Part shown: in pieces, positions 1-15,804 of the stretch | Layout of the letters: each line of letters opens with the position of its first letter | Numbering within the stretch: position 1 is the first letter of the stretch | The notes under the pieces: generated by a model | Told to the model about the DNA's origin: nothing | What the model saw: the letters and a program-made list of their open reading frames with translations, nothing else | The model's database searches: none | Assembly: GCA_964016885.1 (NCBI GenBank) | Contig: OZ024743.1 | Coordinates: forward strand, 208,506,001-208,570,000 | Reading direction: 5' to 3' | Length of the DNA stretch: 64,000 nucleotides | From: Eledone cirrhosa | Lineage: Eukaryota | Position numbers and translations under genes: made by a program

Positions 1-3000
1 AGCTTACCATCCTATAGCCACGCCACGGATGAAAGCTCTTCACTCCATAAGATATACCACAGTTTACCATCCTATGGCCGCAGATGAAAGCTCTTCACTC
101 CATAAGATATACCACAGTTTACCAACAAATGGCCACAGATGAAAACTCTTCACTCCATAAGATATACCACAGCTTACCATCCTATAGCCACACATGAAAG
201 CTCTTCACTCCATAAGATATACCACAATTTACCATCCTATGGCCGCAGATGAAAGCTCTTCACTCCATAAGATATACCACAGTTTACCACCAAATGGCCA
301 CAGATGAAAGCTCTTCACTCCATAAGATATACCACAGTTTACCATCCTATAGCCACGCCACGGATGAAAGCTCTTCACTCTATAAGATATACCACAGTTT
401 ACCATCCTATAGCCACAGATGAAAGCTCTTCACTCTATAAGTTATACCACCATTTAACATCCTATAGTCACACATGAAAGCTCTTCACTCCATAAGATAT
501 ACCACAGTTTACCATCCTATAGCCAGATGAAAGCTCTTCAATCCATAAGATATACCACAGTTTACCATCCTATAGCCACAGATGAAAGCTTTTCACTCCA
601 TAAGATATACCACAGTTTACCATCCTATAGCCACACATGAAAGCTCTTCACTCCATAAGATATACCACAGTTTACCATCCTATAGCCACACATGAAAGCC
701 CTTCACTCCATAAGATATACCACAGTTTACCATCCTATAGCCACACATGAAAGCTCTTCACTCCATAAGATATACCACAGTTTACCATCCTATAGCCACA
801 GATGAAAGCTCTTCACTCCACAACATATACCACAGTTTACCATCCTATAGCCACTCATGAGAGCTCTTCACTCCATAATATATACCACAGTTTACCATCC
901 TATAGCCACACATGAAAGCTCTTCACTCCATAAGATATACCACAGCTTACCATCCTATAGCCACACATGAAAGCTCTTCACTCCATAAGATATACCACAA
1001 TTTAACATCCTATGGCCGCAGATGAAAGCTCTTCACTCCATAAGATATACCACAGTTTACCACCCTATGGCCACAGATGAAAGCTCTTCACTCCATAAGA
1101 TATACCACAGTTTACCATCCTATAGCCACGCCACGGATGAAAGCTCTTCACTCTATAAGATATACCACAGTTTACCATCCTATAGCCACAGATGAAAGCT
1201 CTTCACTCTATAAGATAGACCACCATTTAACATCCTATAGTCACACATGAAAGCTCTTCACTCAATAAGATATACCACAGTTTACCATCCTATAGCCAGA
1301 TGAAAGCTCTTCACTCCATAAGATATACCACAGTTTACCATCCTATAGCCACACATGAAAGCTTTTCACTCCATAAGATATACCACAGTTTACCATCCTA
1401 TAGCCAGATGAAAGCTCTTCACTCCATAAGATATACCACAGTTTACCATCTTATAGCCACACATGAAAGCTCTTCACTCCATAAGATATACCACAGTTTA
1501 CCATCCTATAGCCACACATGAAAGCTCTTCACTCCATAAGATATACCACAGTTTACCATCCTATAACCACAGATGAAAGCTCTTCACTCCACAACATATA
1601 CCACAGTTTACCATCCTATAGCCACACATGAGAGCTCTTCACTCCATAAGATATACCACAGTTTACCATCCTATAGCCACACATGAAAGCTCTTCACTCC
1701 ATAAGATATACCACAGTTTACCATCCTATAGCCACAGATGAAAGCTTTTCACTCCATAAGATATACCACAGTTTACCATCCTATAGCCACACATGAAAGC
1801 TCTTCACTCCATAAGATATACCACAGTTTACTAGCCTATAGCCATAGATGAAAGCTCTTCACTCCATAAGATATACCACAGTTTACCATCCTATAGCCAC
1901 ACATGAAAACTCTTCACTCCATAAGATATACCACAGTTTACCATCCTATAGCCACACATGAAAGCTCTTCACTCCATAAAATATACCACAGTTTACCATC
2001 CTATAGCCACAGATGAAAGCTCTTCACTCCATAAGATATACCACAGTTTACCATCCTATAGCCAGATGAAAGCTCTTCACTCCATAAGATATACCACAGT
2101 TTACCATCCTATAGCGACGCCACGGATGAAAGCTCTTCACTCCATAAGATATACCACAGTTTATAATCATATAGCCACACATGAAAGCTCTTCACTCCAT
2201 AAGATATACCACAGTTTACCATACTATAGCCACAGATGAAAGCTCTTCACTCCATAAGATATACCACAGTTTACCATCCTATAGCCAGATGAAAGCTTTT
2301 CACTCCATAAGATATACCACAGTTTACCATCATATAGCCACACATGAAAGCTCATCACTCCATAAGATATACCACAGTTTACCATCCTATAGCCACACAT
2401 GAAAGCTCTTCACTCCATAAGATATACCACAGTTTACCATACTATGGCCACAGATGAAGGCTCTTCACTCCATAAGATATACCACAGTTTACCATCCTGT
2501 AGCCACAGATGAAAGCTCTTCACTCCATAAGATATACCACAGTTTACCATCCTATAGCCACACATGAGAGCTCTTCACTCCATAAGATATACCACAGTTT
2601 ACTATCCTATAGCCACGTATGAAAGCTCTTCACTCCATAAGATATACCACATTTTACCATCCTATAGCCACAGATGAAAGCTCTTCACTCCATAACATAT
2701 ACCACAGTTTACCATCCTATAGCCACACATGAGAGCTCTTCACTCCATAAGATATACCACAGTTTACCATCCTATAGCCACAGATGAAAGCTCTTCACTC
2801 CATAAGATATACCACAGTTTACCATCCTATAGCCACAGATGAAAGCTCTTCACTCCATAACATATACCACAGTTTACCATCCTATAGCCACACATGAGAG
2901 CTCTTCACTCCATAAGATATACGACAGTTTACCATACTATAGCCACAGATGAAAGCTATTCACTCCATAAGATATACCACAGTTTACCATCCTATAGCCA

Positions 3001-6000
3001 GATGAAAGCTTTTCACTCCATAAGATATACCACAGTTTACCATCATATAGCCACACATGAAAGCTCTTCACTCCATAAGATATACCACAGTTTACCATCC
3101 TATAGCCACACATGAAAGCTCTTCACTCCATAAGATATACCACAGTTTACCATCCTATAGCCACACATGAAAGCTCTTCACTCCATAAGATACACCACAG
3201 TTTACCATACTATGGCCACAGATGAAGGCTCTTCACTGCATAAGATATACCACAGTTTACCATCCTATGGCCACAGATGAAAGCTCTTCACTCCATAAGA
3301 TATACCACAGTTTACCATCCTATAGCCACAGATGAAAGCTCTTCACTCCATAAGATATACCACAGTTTACCATCCTATAGCCAGATGAAAGCTCTTCACT
3401 CCATAAGATATACCACAGTTTACCATCCTATAGCCACAGATAAAAGCTCTTCACTCCATAAGATATACAACATTTTACCATCCTATAGCCAGATGAAACT
3501 CTTCACTCCATAAGTTATACCACAGTTTACCATCCTATAGCCACACATGAAAGCTCTTCACTCCATAAGATATACCACAGCTTACCATCCTATAGCCACA
3601 CATGAAAGCTCTTCACTCCATAAGATATACCACAATTTACCATCCTATGGCCGCAGATGAAAGCTCTTCACTCCATAAGATATACCACAGTTTACCACCC
3701 TATGGCCACAGATGAAAGCTCTTCACTCCATAAGATATACCACAGTTTACCATCCTATAGCCACGCCACAGATGAAAGCTCTTCACTCTATAAGATATAC
3801 CACAGTTTACCATCCTATAGCCACAGATGAAAGCTCTTCACTCTATAAGATATACCACCATTTAACATCCTATAGTCACACATGAAAGCTCTTCACTCCA
3901 TAAGATATACCACAGTTTACCATCCTATAGCCAGATGAAAGCTCTTCACTCCATAAGATATACCACAGTTTACCATCCTATAGCCACAGATGAAAGCTTT
4001 TCACTCCATAAGATATACCACAGTTTACCATCCTATAGCCAGATGAAAGCTCTTCACTCCATAAGATATACCACCGTTTACCATCCTATAGCCACACATG
4101 AAATCTCTTCACTCCACAACATATACCACAGTTTACCATCCTATAGCCACACATGAGAGCTCTTCACTCCATAAGATATACCACAGTTTACCATCCTATA
4201 GCCACACATGAAAGCTCTTCACTCCATAAGATATACCACAGTTTACCATCCTATAGCCACACATGAAAGCTCTTCACTCCATAAGATATTCCTCAGTTTA
4301 CCATACTATAGCCAGATGAAAGTTCTTCACTCCATAAGATATACCACAGTTTACCATCCTATAGCCACACATGAAGGCTCTTCACTCCATAAGATATACC
4401 ACAGTTTACCATCCTATAGCCACAGATGAAAGCTCTTCACTCCATAAGATATACCACAGTTTACCATCCTATAGCCAGAGGAAAGCTCTTCACTCCATAA
4501 GATATACCACAGTTTACCATCCTATAGCCACGCATGAAAGCTCTTCACTCCATAAGATATACCACATTTTACCATCCTATAGCCACAGATGAAAGCTCTT
4601 CACTCCATAACATATACCACAGTTTACCACCCTATAGCCACACATGAGAGCTCTTCATTCCATAAGATTTACCACAGTTTACCATCCTATAGCCACAGAT
4701 GAAAGCTCTTCACTCCATAAGATATACGACAGTTTACCATCCTATAGCCAGATGAAAGCTCTTCACTCCATAAGATATACGACAGTTTACCATCCTATAG
4801 CCAGATGAAAGCTCTTCTCTCCATAAGATATACCACAGTTTACCATCCTATAGCCACACATGAAAGCTCTTCACTCCATAAGATATACCACAGTTTACCA
4901 TCCTATAGCCACAGATGAAAGCTCTTCACTCCATAAGATATACCACAGTTTACCATCCTATAGCCAGATGAAAGCTCTTCACTCCATAAGATATACCACA
5001 GTTTACCATCCTATAGCCACGCCACGGATGAAAGCTCTTCACTCCATAAGATATACCACAGTTTATAATCATATAGCCACACATGAAAGCTCTTCACTCC
5101 ATAAGATATACCACAGTTTACCATAGTATAGCCACAGATGAAGGCTCTTCACTCCATAAGATATACCACAGTTTACCATCCTATAGCCAGATGAAAGCTT
5201 TTCACTCCATAAGATATACCACAGTTAACCATCATATAGCCACACATGAAAGCTCTTCACTCCATAAGATATACCACAGTTTACCATCCTATAGCCACAC
5301 ATGAAAGCTCTTCACTCCATAAGATATACCACAGTTTACCATACTATGGCCACAGAAGAAGGCTCTTCACTCCATAAGATATACCACAGTTTACCATCCT
5401 ATCGCCACAGATAAAAGCTCTTCACTCCATAAGATATAACACAGTTTACCATCCTATAGCCACACATGAAAGCTCTTCACTCCATAAGATATACCACAGT
5501 TTACCATCCTATAGCCAGATGAAAGCTCTTCACTCCATAACATATACCACAGTTTACCATCCTATAGCCACGGATGAAAGCTCTTCACTCCATAAGATAT
5601 ACCACAGTTTACCATCCTATAGCCACACATGAAAGCTCTTCACTCCATAAGATATACCACAGTTTACCATCCTATAGCCACAGATGAAAGCTCTTCACTC
5701 CACAACATATACCACAGTTTACCATCCTATAGCCACACATGAGAGCTCTTCACTCCATAAGATATATCACAGTTTACCATCCTATAGCCACACATGAAAG
5801 CTCTTCACTCCATAAGATATACCACAGTTTACCATCCTATAGCCACAGATGAAAGCTCTTCACTCCATACGATATACCACAGTTTACCATCCGATAGCCA
5901 CACATGAAAGCTCTTCACTCCATAAGATATACCTCAGTTTACCATGATATAGCCAGATGAAAGCTCTTCACTCCATAAGATATACCACAGTTTACCATCC

Positions 6001-6394
6001 TATAGCCACGCATGAAAGTTCTTCACTCCATAAGATATACCACATTTTACCATCCTATAGCCACAGATGAAAGCTCTTCACTCCATAACATATACCACTC
6101 TTTACCATCCTATAGCCACACATGAGAGCTCTTCACTCCATAAGATATACCACAGTTTACCATCCTATAGCCACAGATGAAAGCTCTTCACTCCATAAGA
6201 TATACCACAGTTTACCATCCTATAGCCACACATGAAAGCTCTTCACTCCATAAGATATACCACAGTTTACCATCCTATAGCCAGATGAAAGTTCTTCACT
6301 CCATAAGATATACCACAGTTTACTATCCTATAGCCACACATGAAAGCTCTTCACTCCATAATATATACCACAGTTTACCATCCTATAGCCACAG

Positions 6395-9300
6395 ATGAAA
6401 GCTCTTCACTCCATAAGATACACGACAGTTTACCATCCTATAGCCAGATTAAACCTCTTCACTCCATAAGATATACCACAGTTTACCATCATATAGCCAC
6501 GCCACGGATGAAAGCTTTTAACTCCATAAGATATACCACAGTTTACCATCCTATAGCCACACATGAAAGCTCTTCACTCCATAAGATATACCACAGTTTA
6601 CCATACTATAGCCACAGATGAAAGCTCTTCACTCCATAAGATATACCACAGTTTACCATCCTATAGCCACACATGAAAGCTCTTCACTCCATAAGATATT
6701 CCTCAGTTTACCATACTAATAGCCAGATGAAAGTTCTTCACTCCATAAGATATACCACAGTTTACCATCCTATAGCCACACATGAAGGCTCTTCACTCCA
6801 TAAGATATACCACAGTTTACCATCCTATAGCCACAGATGAAAGCTCTTCACTCCATAAGATATACCACAGTTTACCATCCTATAGCCAGAGGAAAGCTCT
6901 TCACTCCATAAGATATACCACAGTTTACCATCCTATAGCCACGCATGAAAGCTCTTCACTCCATAAGATATACCACATTTTACCATCCTATAGCCACAGA
7001 TGAAAGCTCTTCACTCCATAACATATACCACAGTTTACCATCCTATAGCCACAGATGAAAGCTCTTCACTCCATAAGATATACGACAGTTTACCATCCTA
7101 TAGCCAGATGAAAGCTCTTCACTCCATAAGATATACGACAGTTTACCATCCTATAGCCAGATGAAAGCTCTTCTCTCCTTAAGATATACCACAGTTTACC
7201 ATCCTATAGCCACACATGAAAGCTCTTCACTCCATAAGATATACCACAGTTTACCATCCTATAGCCACAGATGAAAGCTCTTCACTCCATAAGATATACC
7301 ACAGTTTACCATCCTATAGCCAGATGAAAGCTCTTCACTCCATAAGATATATGACAGTTTACCATCCTATAGCCACGCCACGGATGGAAGCTCTTCACTC
7401 CATAAGATATACCACAGTTTACCATACTATAGCCACAGATGAAAGCTCTTCACTCCATAAGATATACCACAGTTTACCATCCTATAGCCAGATGAAAGCT
7501 TTTCACTCCATAAGATATACCACAGTTTACCATCATATAGCCACACATGAAAGCTCTTCACTCCATAAGATATACCACAGTTTACCATCCTATAGCCACA
7601 CATGAAAGCTCTTCACTCCATAAGATATACCACAGTTTACCATACTATGGCCACAGATGAAGGCTCTTCACTCCATAAGATATACCACAGTTTACCATCC
7701 TATCGCCACAGATGAAAGCTCTTCACTCCATAAGATATAACACGGTTTACCATCCTATAGCCACACATGAAAGCTCTTCACTCCATAAGATATACCACAG
7801 TTTACCATACTATAGCCACAGATGAAAGCTCTTCACTCCATAAGATATACCACAGTTTACCATCCTATAGCCAGATGAAAGCTTTTCACTCCATAAGATA
7901 TACCACAGTATACCATCATATAGCCACACATGAAAGCTCTTCACTCCATAAGATATACCACAGTTTACCATCCTATAGCCACACATGAAAGCTCTTCACT
8001 CCATAAGATATACCACAGTTTACCATACTATGGCCACAGATGAAGGCTCTTCACTCCATAAGATATACCACAGTTTACCATCCTATCGCCACAGATGAAA
8101 GCTCTTCACTCCATAAGATATAACACAGTTTACCATCCTATAGCCACACATGAAAGCTCTTCACTCCATAAGATATACCACAGTTTACCATCCTATAGCC
8201 AGATGAAAGCTCTTCACTCCATAACATATACCACAGTTTACCATCCTATAGCCACAGATGAAAGCTCTTCACTCCATAAGATATACAACATTTTACCATC
8301 ATATAGCCAGATGAAACTCTTCACTCCATAAGTTATACCACAGTTTACCATCCTATAGCCACACATGAAAGCTCTTCACTCCATAAGATATACCACAGTT
8401 TACCATCCTATGGCCGCAGATGAAAGCTCTTCACTCCATAAGATATACCACAGTTTACCATCCTATAGCCACGCCACGGATGAAAGCTCTTCACTCTATA
8501 AGATATACCACAGTTTACCATCCTATAGCCACAGATGAAAGCTCTTCACTCTATAAGATATACCACCATTTACCATCCTATAGTCACACATGAAAGCTCT
8601 TCACTCCATAAGATATACCACAGTTTACCATCCTATAGCCAGATGAAAGCTCTTCACTCCATAAGATATACCACAGTTTACCATCCTATAGCCACAGATG
8701 AAAGCTTTTCACTCCATAAGATATACCACAGTTTACCATCCTATAGCCAGATGAAAGCTCTTCACTCCATAAGATATACCACAGTTTACCATCCTATAGC
8801 CACACATGAAAGCTCTTCACTCCATAAGATATACTCCAGTTTACCATCCTATAGCCACACATGAAAGCTCTTCACTCCATAAGATATACCACAGTTTACC
8901 ATCCTATAGCCACAGATGAAAGCTCTTCACTCCATCAGATATACCACAGTTTACCATCCTATAGCCAGATGAAAGCTCTTCACTCCATAAGATATACCAC
9001 AGTTTACCATCCTATAGCCACACATGAAAGCTCTTCACTCCATAAGATATACCACAGTTTACCATCCTATAGCCACAGATGAAAGCTCTTCACTCCACAA
9101 CATATACCACAGTTTACCATCCTATAGCCACACATGAGAGCTCTTCACTCCATAAGATATATCACAGTTTACCATCCTATAGCCACACATGAAAGCTCTT
9201 CACTCCATAAGATATACCACAGTTTACCATCCTATAGCCACAGATGAAAGCTCTTCACTCCATAAGATATACCACAGTTTACCATCCGATAGCCACACAT

Positions 9301-10669
9301 GAAAGCTCTTCACTCCATAAGATATACCTCAGTTTACCATACTATAGCCAGATGAAAGCTCTTCACTCCATAACATATACCACAGTTTACCATCCTATAG
9401 CCACAGATGAAAGCTCTTCACTCCATAAGATACACCACAGTTTACCATCCTATAGCCAGATTAAAGCTCTTCACTCCATAAGATATACCACAGTTTACCA
9501 TCATATAGCCACGCCACGGATGAAAGCTCTTAACTCCATAAGATATACCACAGTTTACCATCCTATAGCCACACATGAAAGCTCTTCACTCCATAAGATA
9601 TACCACAGTTTACCATACTATAGCCACAGATGAAAGCTCTTCACTCCATAAGATATACCACAGTTTACCATCCTATAGCCACACATGAAGGCTCTTCACT
9701 CCATAAGATATACCACAGTTTACCATCCTATAGCCACAGATGAAAGCTCTTCACTCCATAAGATATACCACAGTTTACCATCCTATAGCCAGAGGAAAGC
9801 TCTTCACTCCATAAGATATACCACAGTTTACCATCCTATAGCCACGCATGAAAGCTCTTCACTCCATAAGATATACCACATTTTACCATCCTATAGCCAC
9901 AGATGAAAGCTCTTCACTCCATAACATATACCACAGTTTACCATCCTATAGCCACAGATGAAAGCTCTTCACTCCATAAGATATACGACAGTTTACCATC
10001 CTATAGCCAGATGAAAGCTCTTCACTCCATAAGATATACGACAGTTTACCATCCTATAGCCAGATGAAAGCTCTTCTCTCCATAAGATATACCACAGTTT
10101 ACCATCCTATAGCCACACATGAAAGCTCTTCACTCCATAAGATATACCACAGTTTACCATCCTATAGCCACAGATGAAAGCTCTTCACTCCATAAGATAT
10201 ACCACAGTTTACCATCCTATAGCCAGATGAAAGCTCTTCACTCCATAAGATATACGACAGTTTACCATGCTATAGCCACGCCACGGATGAAAGCTCTTCA
10301 CTCCATAAGATATACCACAGTTTACCATACTATAGCCACAGATGAAAGCTCTTCACTCCATAAGATATACCACAGTTTACCATCCTATAGCCAGATGAAA
10401 GCTTTTCAATCCATAAGATATACCACAGTTTACCATCATATAGCCACACATGAAAGCTCTTCACTCCATAAGATATACCACAGTTTACCATCCTATAGCC
10501 ACACATGAAAGCTCTTCACTCCATAAGATATACCACAGTTTACCATACTATGGCCACAGATGAAGGCTCTTCACTCCATAAGATATACCACAGTTTACCA
10601 TCCTATCGCCACAGATGAAAGCTCTTCACTCCATAAGATATAACACAGTTTACCATCCTATAGCCACAC
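6395..10669 (+). repeat. Higher-order duplication: ~6395-7766 is copied at ~9407-10669 (offset 3012, then 2903)
   Basis: Rare variants are shared in the same order: CAGATTAAA, 60-mer followed by TTAACTCC, GAAGGC, CAGAGGAAAG, TACGAC x2, TTCTCTCC, TATCGCC. The ORF pairs 6782/9685 and 7216/10119 are both offset by 2903. Confidence 0.85.
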
Positions 10670-13600
10670 ATGAAAGCTCTTCACTCCATAAGATATACCA
10701 CAGTTTACCATCCTATAGCCAGATGAAAGCTCTTCACTCCATAAGATATACCACAGTTTACCATCCTATAGCCACAGATGAAAGCTTTTCACTCCATAAG
10801 ATATACCACAGTTTACCATCCTATAGCCAGATGAAAGCTCTTCACTCCATAAGATATACCACAGTTTACCATCCTATAGCCACACATGAAAGCTCTTCAC
10901 TCCATAAGATATACTACAGTTTAACATCCTATAGCCACACATGAAAGCTCTTCACTCCATAAGATATACCACAGTTTACCATCCTATAGCCACAGATGAA
11001 AGCTCTTCACTCCATCAGATATACCACAGTTTACCATCCTATAGCCAGATGAAAGCTCTTCACTCCATAAGATATACCACAGTTTACCATCCTATAGCCA
11101 CACATGAAAGCTCTTCACTCCATAAGATATACCACAGTTTACCATCCTATAGCCACAGATGAAAGCTCTTTACTCCATAAGATATAGCACAGTTTACCAT
11201 CCTATAGCCACAGATGAAAGCTCTTCACTCCACAACATATACCACAGTTTACCATCCTATAGCCACACATGAGAGCTCTTCACTCCATAAGATATATCAC
11301 AGTTTACCATCCTATAGCCACACATGAAAGCTCTTCACTCCATAAGATATACCACAGTTTACCATCCTATAGCCACAGATGAAAGCTCTTCACTCCATAA
11401 GATATACCACAGTTTTCCATCCGATAGCCACACATGAAAGCTCTTCACTCCATAAGATATACCTCAGTTTACCATACTATAGCCAGATGAAAGCTCTTCA
11501 CTCCATAAGATATACCACAGTTTACCATCCTATAGCCACGCATGAAAGTTCTTCACTCCATAAGATATACTACATTTTACCATCCTATAGCCACAGATGA
11601 AAGCTCTTCACTCCATAATATATACCACTCTTTACCATCCTATTGCCACACATGAGAGCTCTTCACTCTATAAGATATACCACAGTTTACCATCCTATAG
11701 CCACAGATGAAAGCTCTTCACTCCATAAGATATACCACAGTTTACCATCCTATAGCCACACATGAAAGCTCTTCACTCCATAAGATATACCACAGTTTAC
11801 CATTCTATAGCCACACATGAAAGCTCTTCACTCCATAATATATACCACAGTTTACCATCCTATAGCCACAGATGAAAGCTCTTCACTCCATAAGATACAC
11901 CACAGTTTACCATCCTATATCCAGATTAAAGCTCTTCACTCCATAAGATATACCACAGTTTACCATCATATAGCCACACATGAAAGCTCTTCACTCCATA
12001 AGATATACCACAGTTTACCATACTATAGCCACAGATGAAAGCTCTTCACTCCATAAGATATACCACAGTTTACCATCCTATAGCCAGATGAAATCTTTTC
12101 ACTCCATAAGATATACCACAGTTTACCATCATATAGCCACACATGAAAGCTCTTCACTCCTTAAGATATACCACAGTTTACCATCCTATAGCCACACATG
12201 AAAGCTCTTCACTCCATAAGATATACCACAGTTTACCATCCTATAGCCACACATGAAAGCTCTTCACTCCATAAGATATACCACAGTTTACCATCCTATA
12301 GCCACAGATGAAAGCTCTTCACTCCATAAGATATACCACAGTTTTCTATCCTATAGCCACAGATGAAAGCTGTTCACTCCATAAGATATACCACAGTTTA
12401 CCATCCTATAGCCACACATGGAAGCTCTTCACTCAATAAGTTATACCACAGTTTACCATCCTATAGCCACACATGAAATCTCTTCACTCCATAAGATATA
12501 CCACAGTTTACCAACCTATAGCCAGATGAAAGCTCTTCACTCCATAACATATACCACTGTTTACCATCCTATAGCCACACATGAGAGCTCTTCACTCCAT
12601 AAGATATAACACAGTTTACCATCCAATAGCCACAGATGAAAGCTCTTCACTCCATAAGATATACCACAGTTTACCATCCTATAGCCACACATGAAAGCTC
12701 TTCACTCCATAAGATATACCACAGTTTACCATCCTATAGCCACAGATGAAAGCTCTTCACTCCATAAGATATACCACAGTTTACCATCCTATAGCCACAC
12801 ATGAAAGCTCTTCACTCCATAAGATATACCACAGTTTACCATCCTATAGCCAGATGAAAGTTCTTCACTCCATAACATATACCACAGTTTACCATCCTAT
12901 AGCCACACATGAAAGCTCTTCACTCCATAAGATATACCACAGTTTACCATCCTATAGCCACACATGAGAGCTCTTCATTCCATCAGATATACCACAGTCT
13001 ACCATCCTATAGCCACAGATGAAAGCTCTTCACTCCATAAGATATACGACAGTTTACCATCCTATAGCCTGATGAAAGCTCTTCACTCCATAAGATATAC
13101 GACAGTTTACCATCCTATAGCCAGATGAAAGCTCTTCTCTCCATAAGATATACCACAGTTTACCATCCTATAGCCACACATGAAAGCTCTTCACTCCATA
13201 AGATATACCACAGTTTACCAACCTATAGCCAGATGAAAGCTCTTCACTCCATAACATATACCACTGTTTACCATCCTATAGCCACACATGAGAGCTCTTC
13301 ACTCCATAAGATATAACACAGTTTACCATCCTATAGCCACAGATGAAAGCTCTTCACTCCATAAGATATACCACAGTTTACCATACTATAGCCACAGATG
13401 AAAGCTCTTCACTCCATAAGATATACCACAGTTTACCATCCTATAGCCACACATGAAGGCTCTTCACTCCATAAGATATACCACAGTTTACCATCCTATA
13501 GCCACAGATGAAAGCTCTTCACTCCATAAGATATACCACAGTTTACCATCCTATAGCCAGAGGAAAGCTCTTCACTCCATAAGATATACCACAGTTTACC

Positions 13601-15804
13601 ATCCTATAGCCACGCATGAAAGCTCTTCACTCCATAAGATATACCACATTTTACCATCCTATAGCCACAGATGAAAGCTCTTCACTCCATAACATATACC
13701 ACAGTTTACCATCCTATAGCCACAGATGAAAGCTCTTCACTCCATAAGATATACGACAGTTTACCATCCTATAGCCAGATGAAAGCTCTTCACTCCATAA
13801 GATATACGACAGTTTACCATCCTATAGCCAGATGAAAGCTCTTCTCTCCATAAGATATACCACAGTTTACCATCCTATAGCCACACATGAAAGCTCTTCA
13901 CTCCATAAGATATACCACAGTTTACCATCCTATAGCCACAGATAAAAGCTCTTCACTCCATAAGATATACCACAGTTTACCATCCTATAGCCAGATGAAA
14001 GCTCTTCACTCCATAAGATATACGACAGTTTACCATCCTATAGCCACGCCACGGATGAAAGCTATTCACTCCATAAGATATACCACAGTTTACCATCCTA
14101 TAGCCAGATGAAAGCTCTTCACTCCATAAGATATACCACAGTTTACCATCCTATAGCCACACATGAAAGCTCTTCACTCCATAAGATATACTACAGTTTA
14201 CCATCCTATAGCCACACATGAAAGCTTTTCACTCCATAAGATATACCACAGTTTACCATCATATAGCCACACATGAAAGCTCTTCACTCCATAAGATATA
14301 CCACAGTTTACCATCCTATAGCCACACATGAAAGCTCTTCACTCCATAAGATATACCACAGTTTACCATACTATGGCCACAGATGAAGGCTCTTCACTCC
14401 ATAAGATATACCACAGTTTACCATCCTATCGCCACAGATGAAAGCTCTTCACTCCATAAGATATAACACAGTTTACCATCCTATAGCCACACATGAAAGC
14501 TCTTCACTCCATAAGATATACCACAGTTTACCATACTATAGCCACAGATGAAAGCTCTTCACTCCATAAGATATACCACAGTTTACCATCCTATAGCCAG
14601 ATGAAAGCTTTTCACTCCATAAGATATACCACAGTATACCATCATATAGCCACACATGAAAGCTCTTCACTCCATAAGATATACCACAGTTTACCATCCT
14701 ATAGCCACACATGAAAGCTCTTCACTCCATAAGATATACCACAGTTTACCATACTATGGCCACAGATGAAGGCTCTTCACTCCATAAGATATACCACAGT
14801 TTACCATCCTATCGCCACAGATGAAAGCTCTTCACTCCATAAGATATAACACAGTTTACCATCCTATAGCCACACATGAAAGCTCTTCACTCCATAAGAT
14901 ATACCACAGTTTACCATCCTATAGCCAGATGAAAGCTCTTCACTCCATAACATATACCACAGTTTACCATCCTATAGCCACAGATGAAAGCTCTTCACTC
15001 CATAAGATATACAACATTTTACCATCATATAGCCAGATGAAACTCTTCACTCCATAAGTTATACCACAGTTTACCATCCTATAGCCACACATGAAAGCTC
15101 TTCACTCCATAAGATATACCACAGTTTATCATTCTATGGCCGCAGATGAAAGCTCTTCACTCCATAAGATATACCACAGTTTACCATCCTATAGCCACGC
15201 CACGGATGAAAGCTCTTCACTCTATAACATATACCACAGTTTACCATCCTATAGCCACAGATGAAAGCTCTTCACTCTATAAGATATACCACCATTTACC
15301 ATCCTATAGTCACAAATGAAAGCTCTTCACTCCATAAGATATACCACAGTTTACCATCCTATAGCCAGATGAAAGCTCTTCACTCCATAAGATATACCAC
15401 AGTTTACCATCCTATAGCCACAGATGAAAGCTTTTCACTCCATAAGATATACCACAGTTTACCATCCTATAGCCAGATGAAAGCTCTTCACTCCATAAGA
15501 TATACCACAGTTTACCATCCTATAGCCACACATGAAAGCTCTTCACTCCATAAGATATACTACAGTTTACCATCCTATAGCCACACGTGAAAGCTCTTCA
15601 CTCCATAAGATATACCACAGTTTACCATCCTATAGCCACAGATGAAAGCTCTTCACTCCATCAGATATACCACAGTTTACCATCCTATAGCCAGATGAAA
15701 GCTCTTCACTCCATAAGATATACCACAGTTTACCATCCTATAGCCACACATGAAAGCTCTTCACTCCATAAGATATACCACAGTTTACCATCCTATAGCC
15801 ACAG
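7492..15804 (+). repeat. Higher-order duplication: ~7492-9078 is copied at ~14218-15804 (offset 6726)
   Basis: ORF pairs 7767/14493, 8095/14821, 8535/15261 and 8861/15587 are all offset by 6726. Shared variants include CAGTATAC, the ATGAAACTC 1-bp deletion (8311/15037) and CATCAG. Confidence 0.9.
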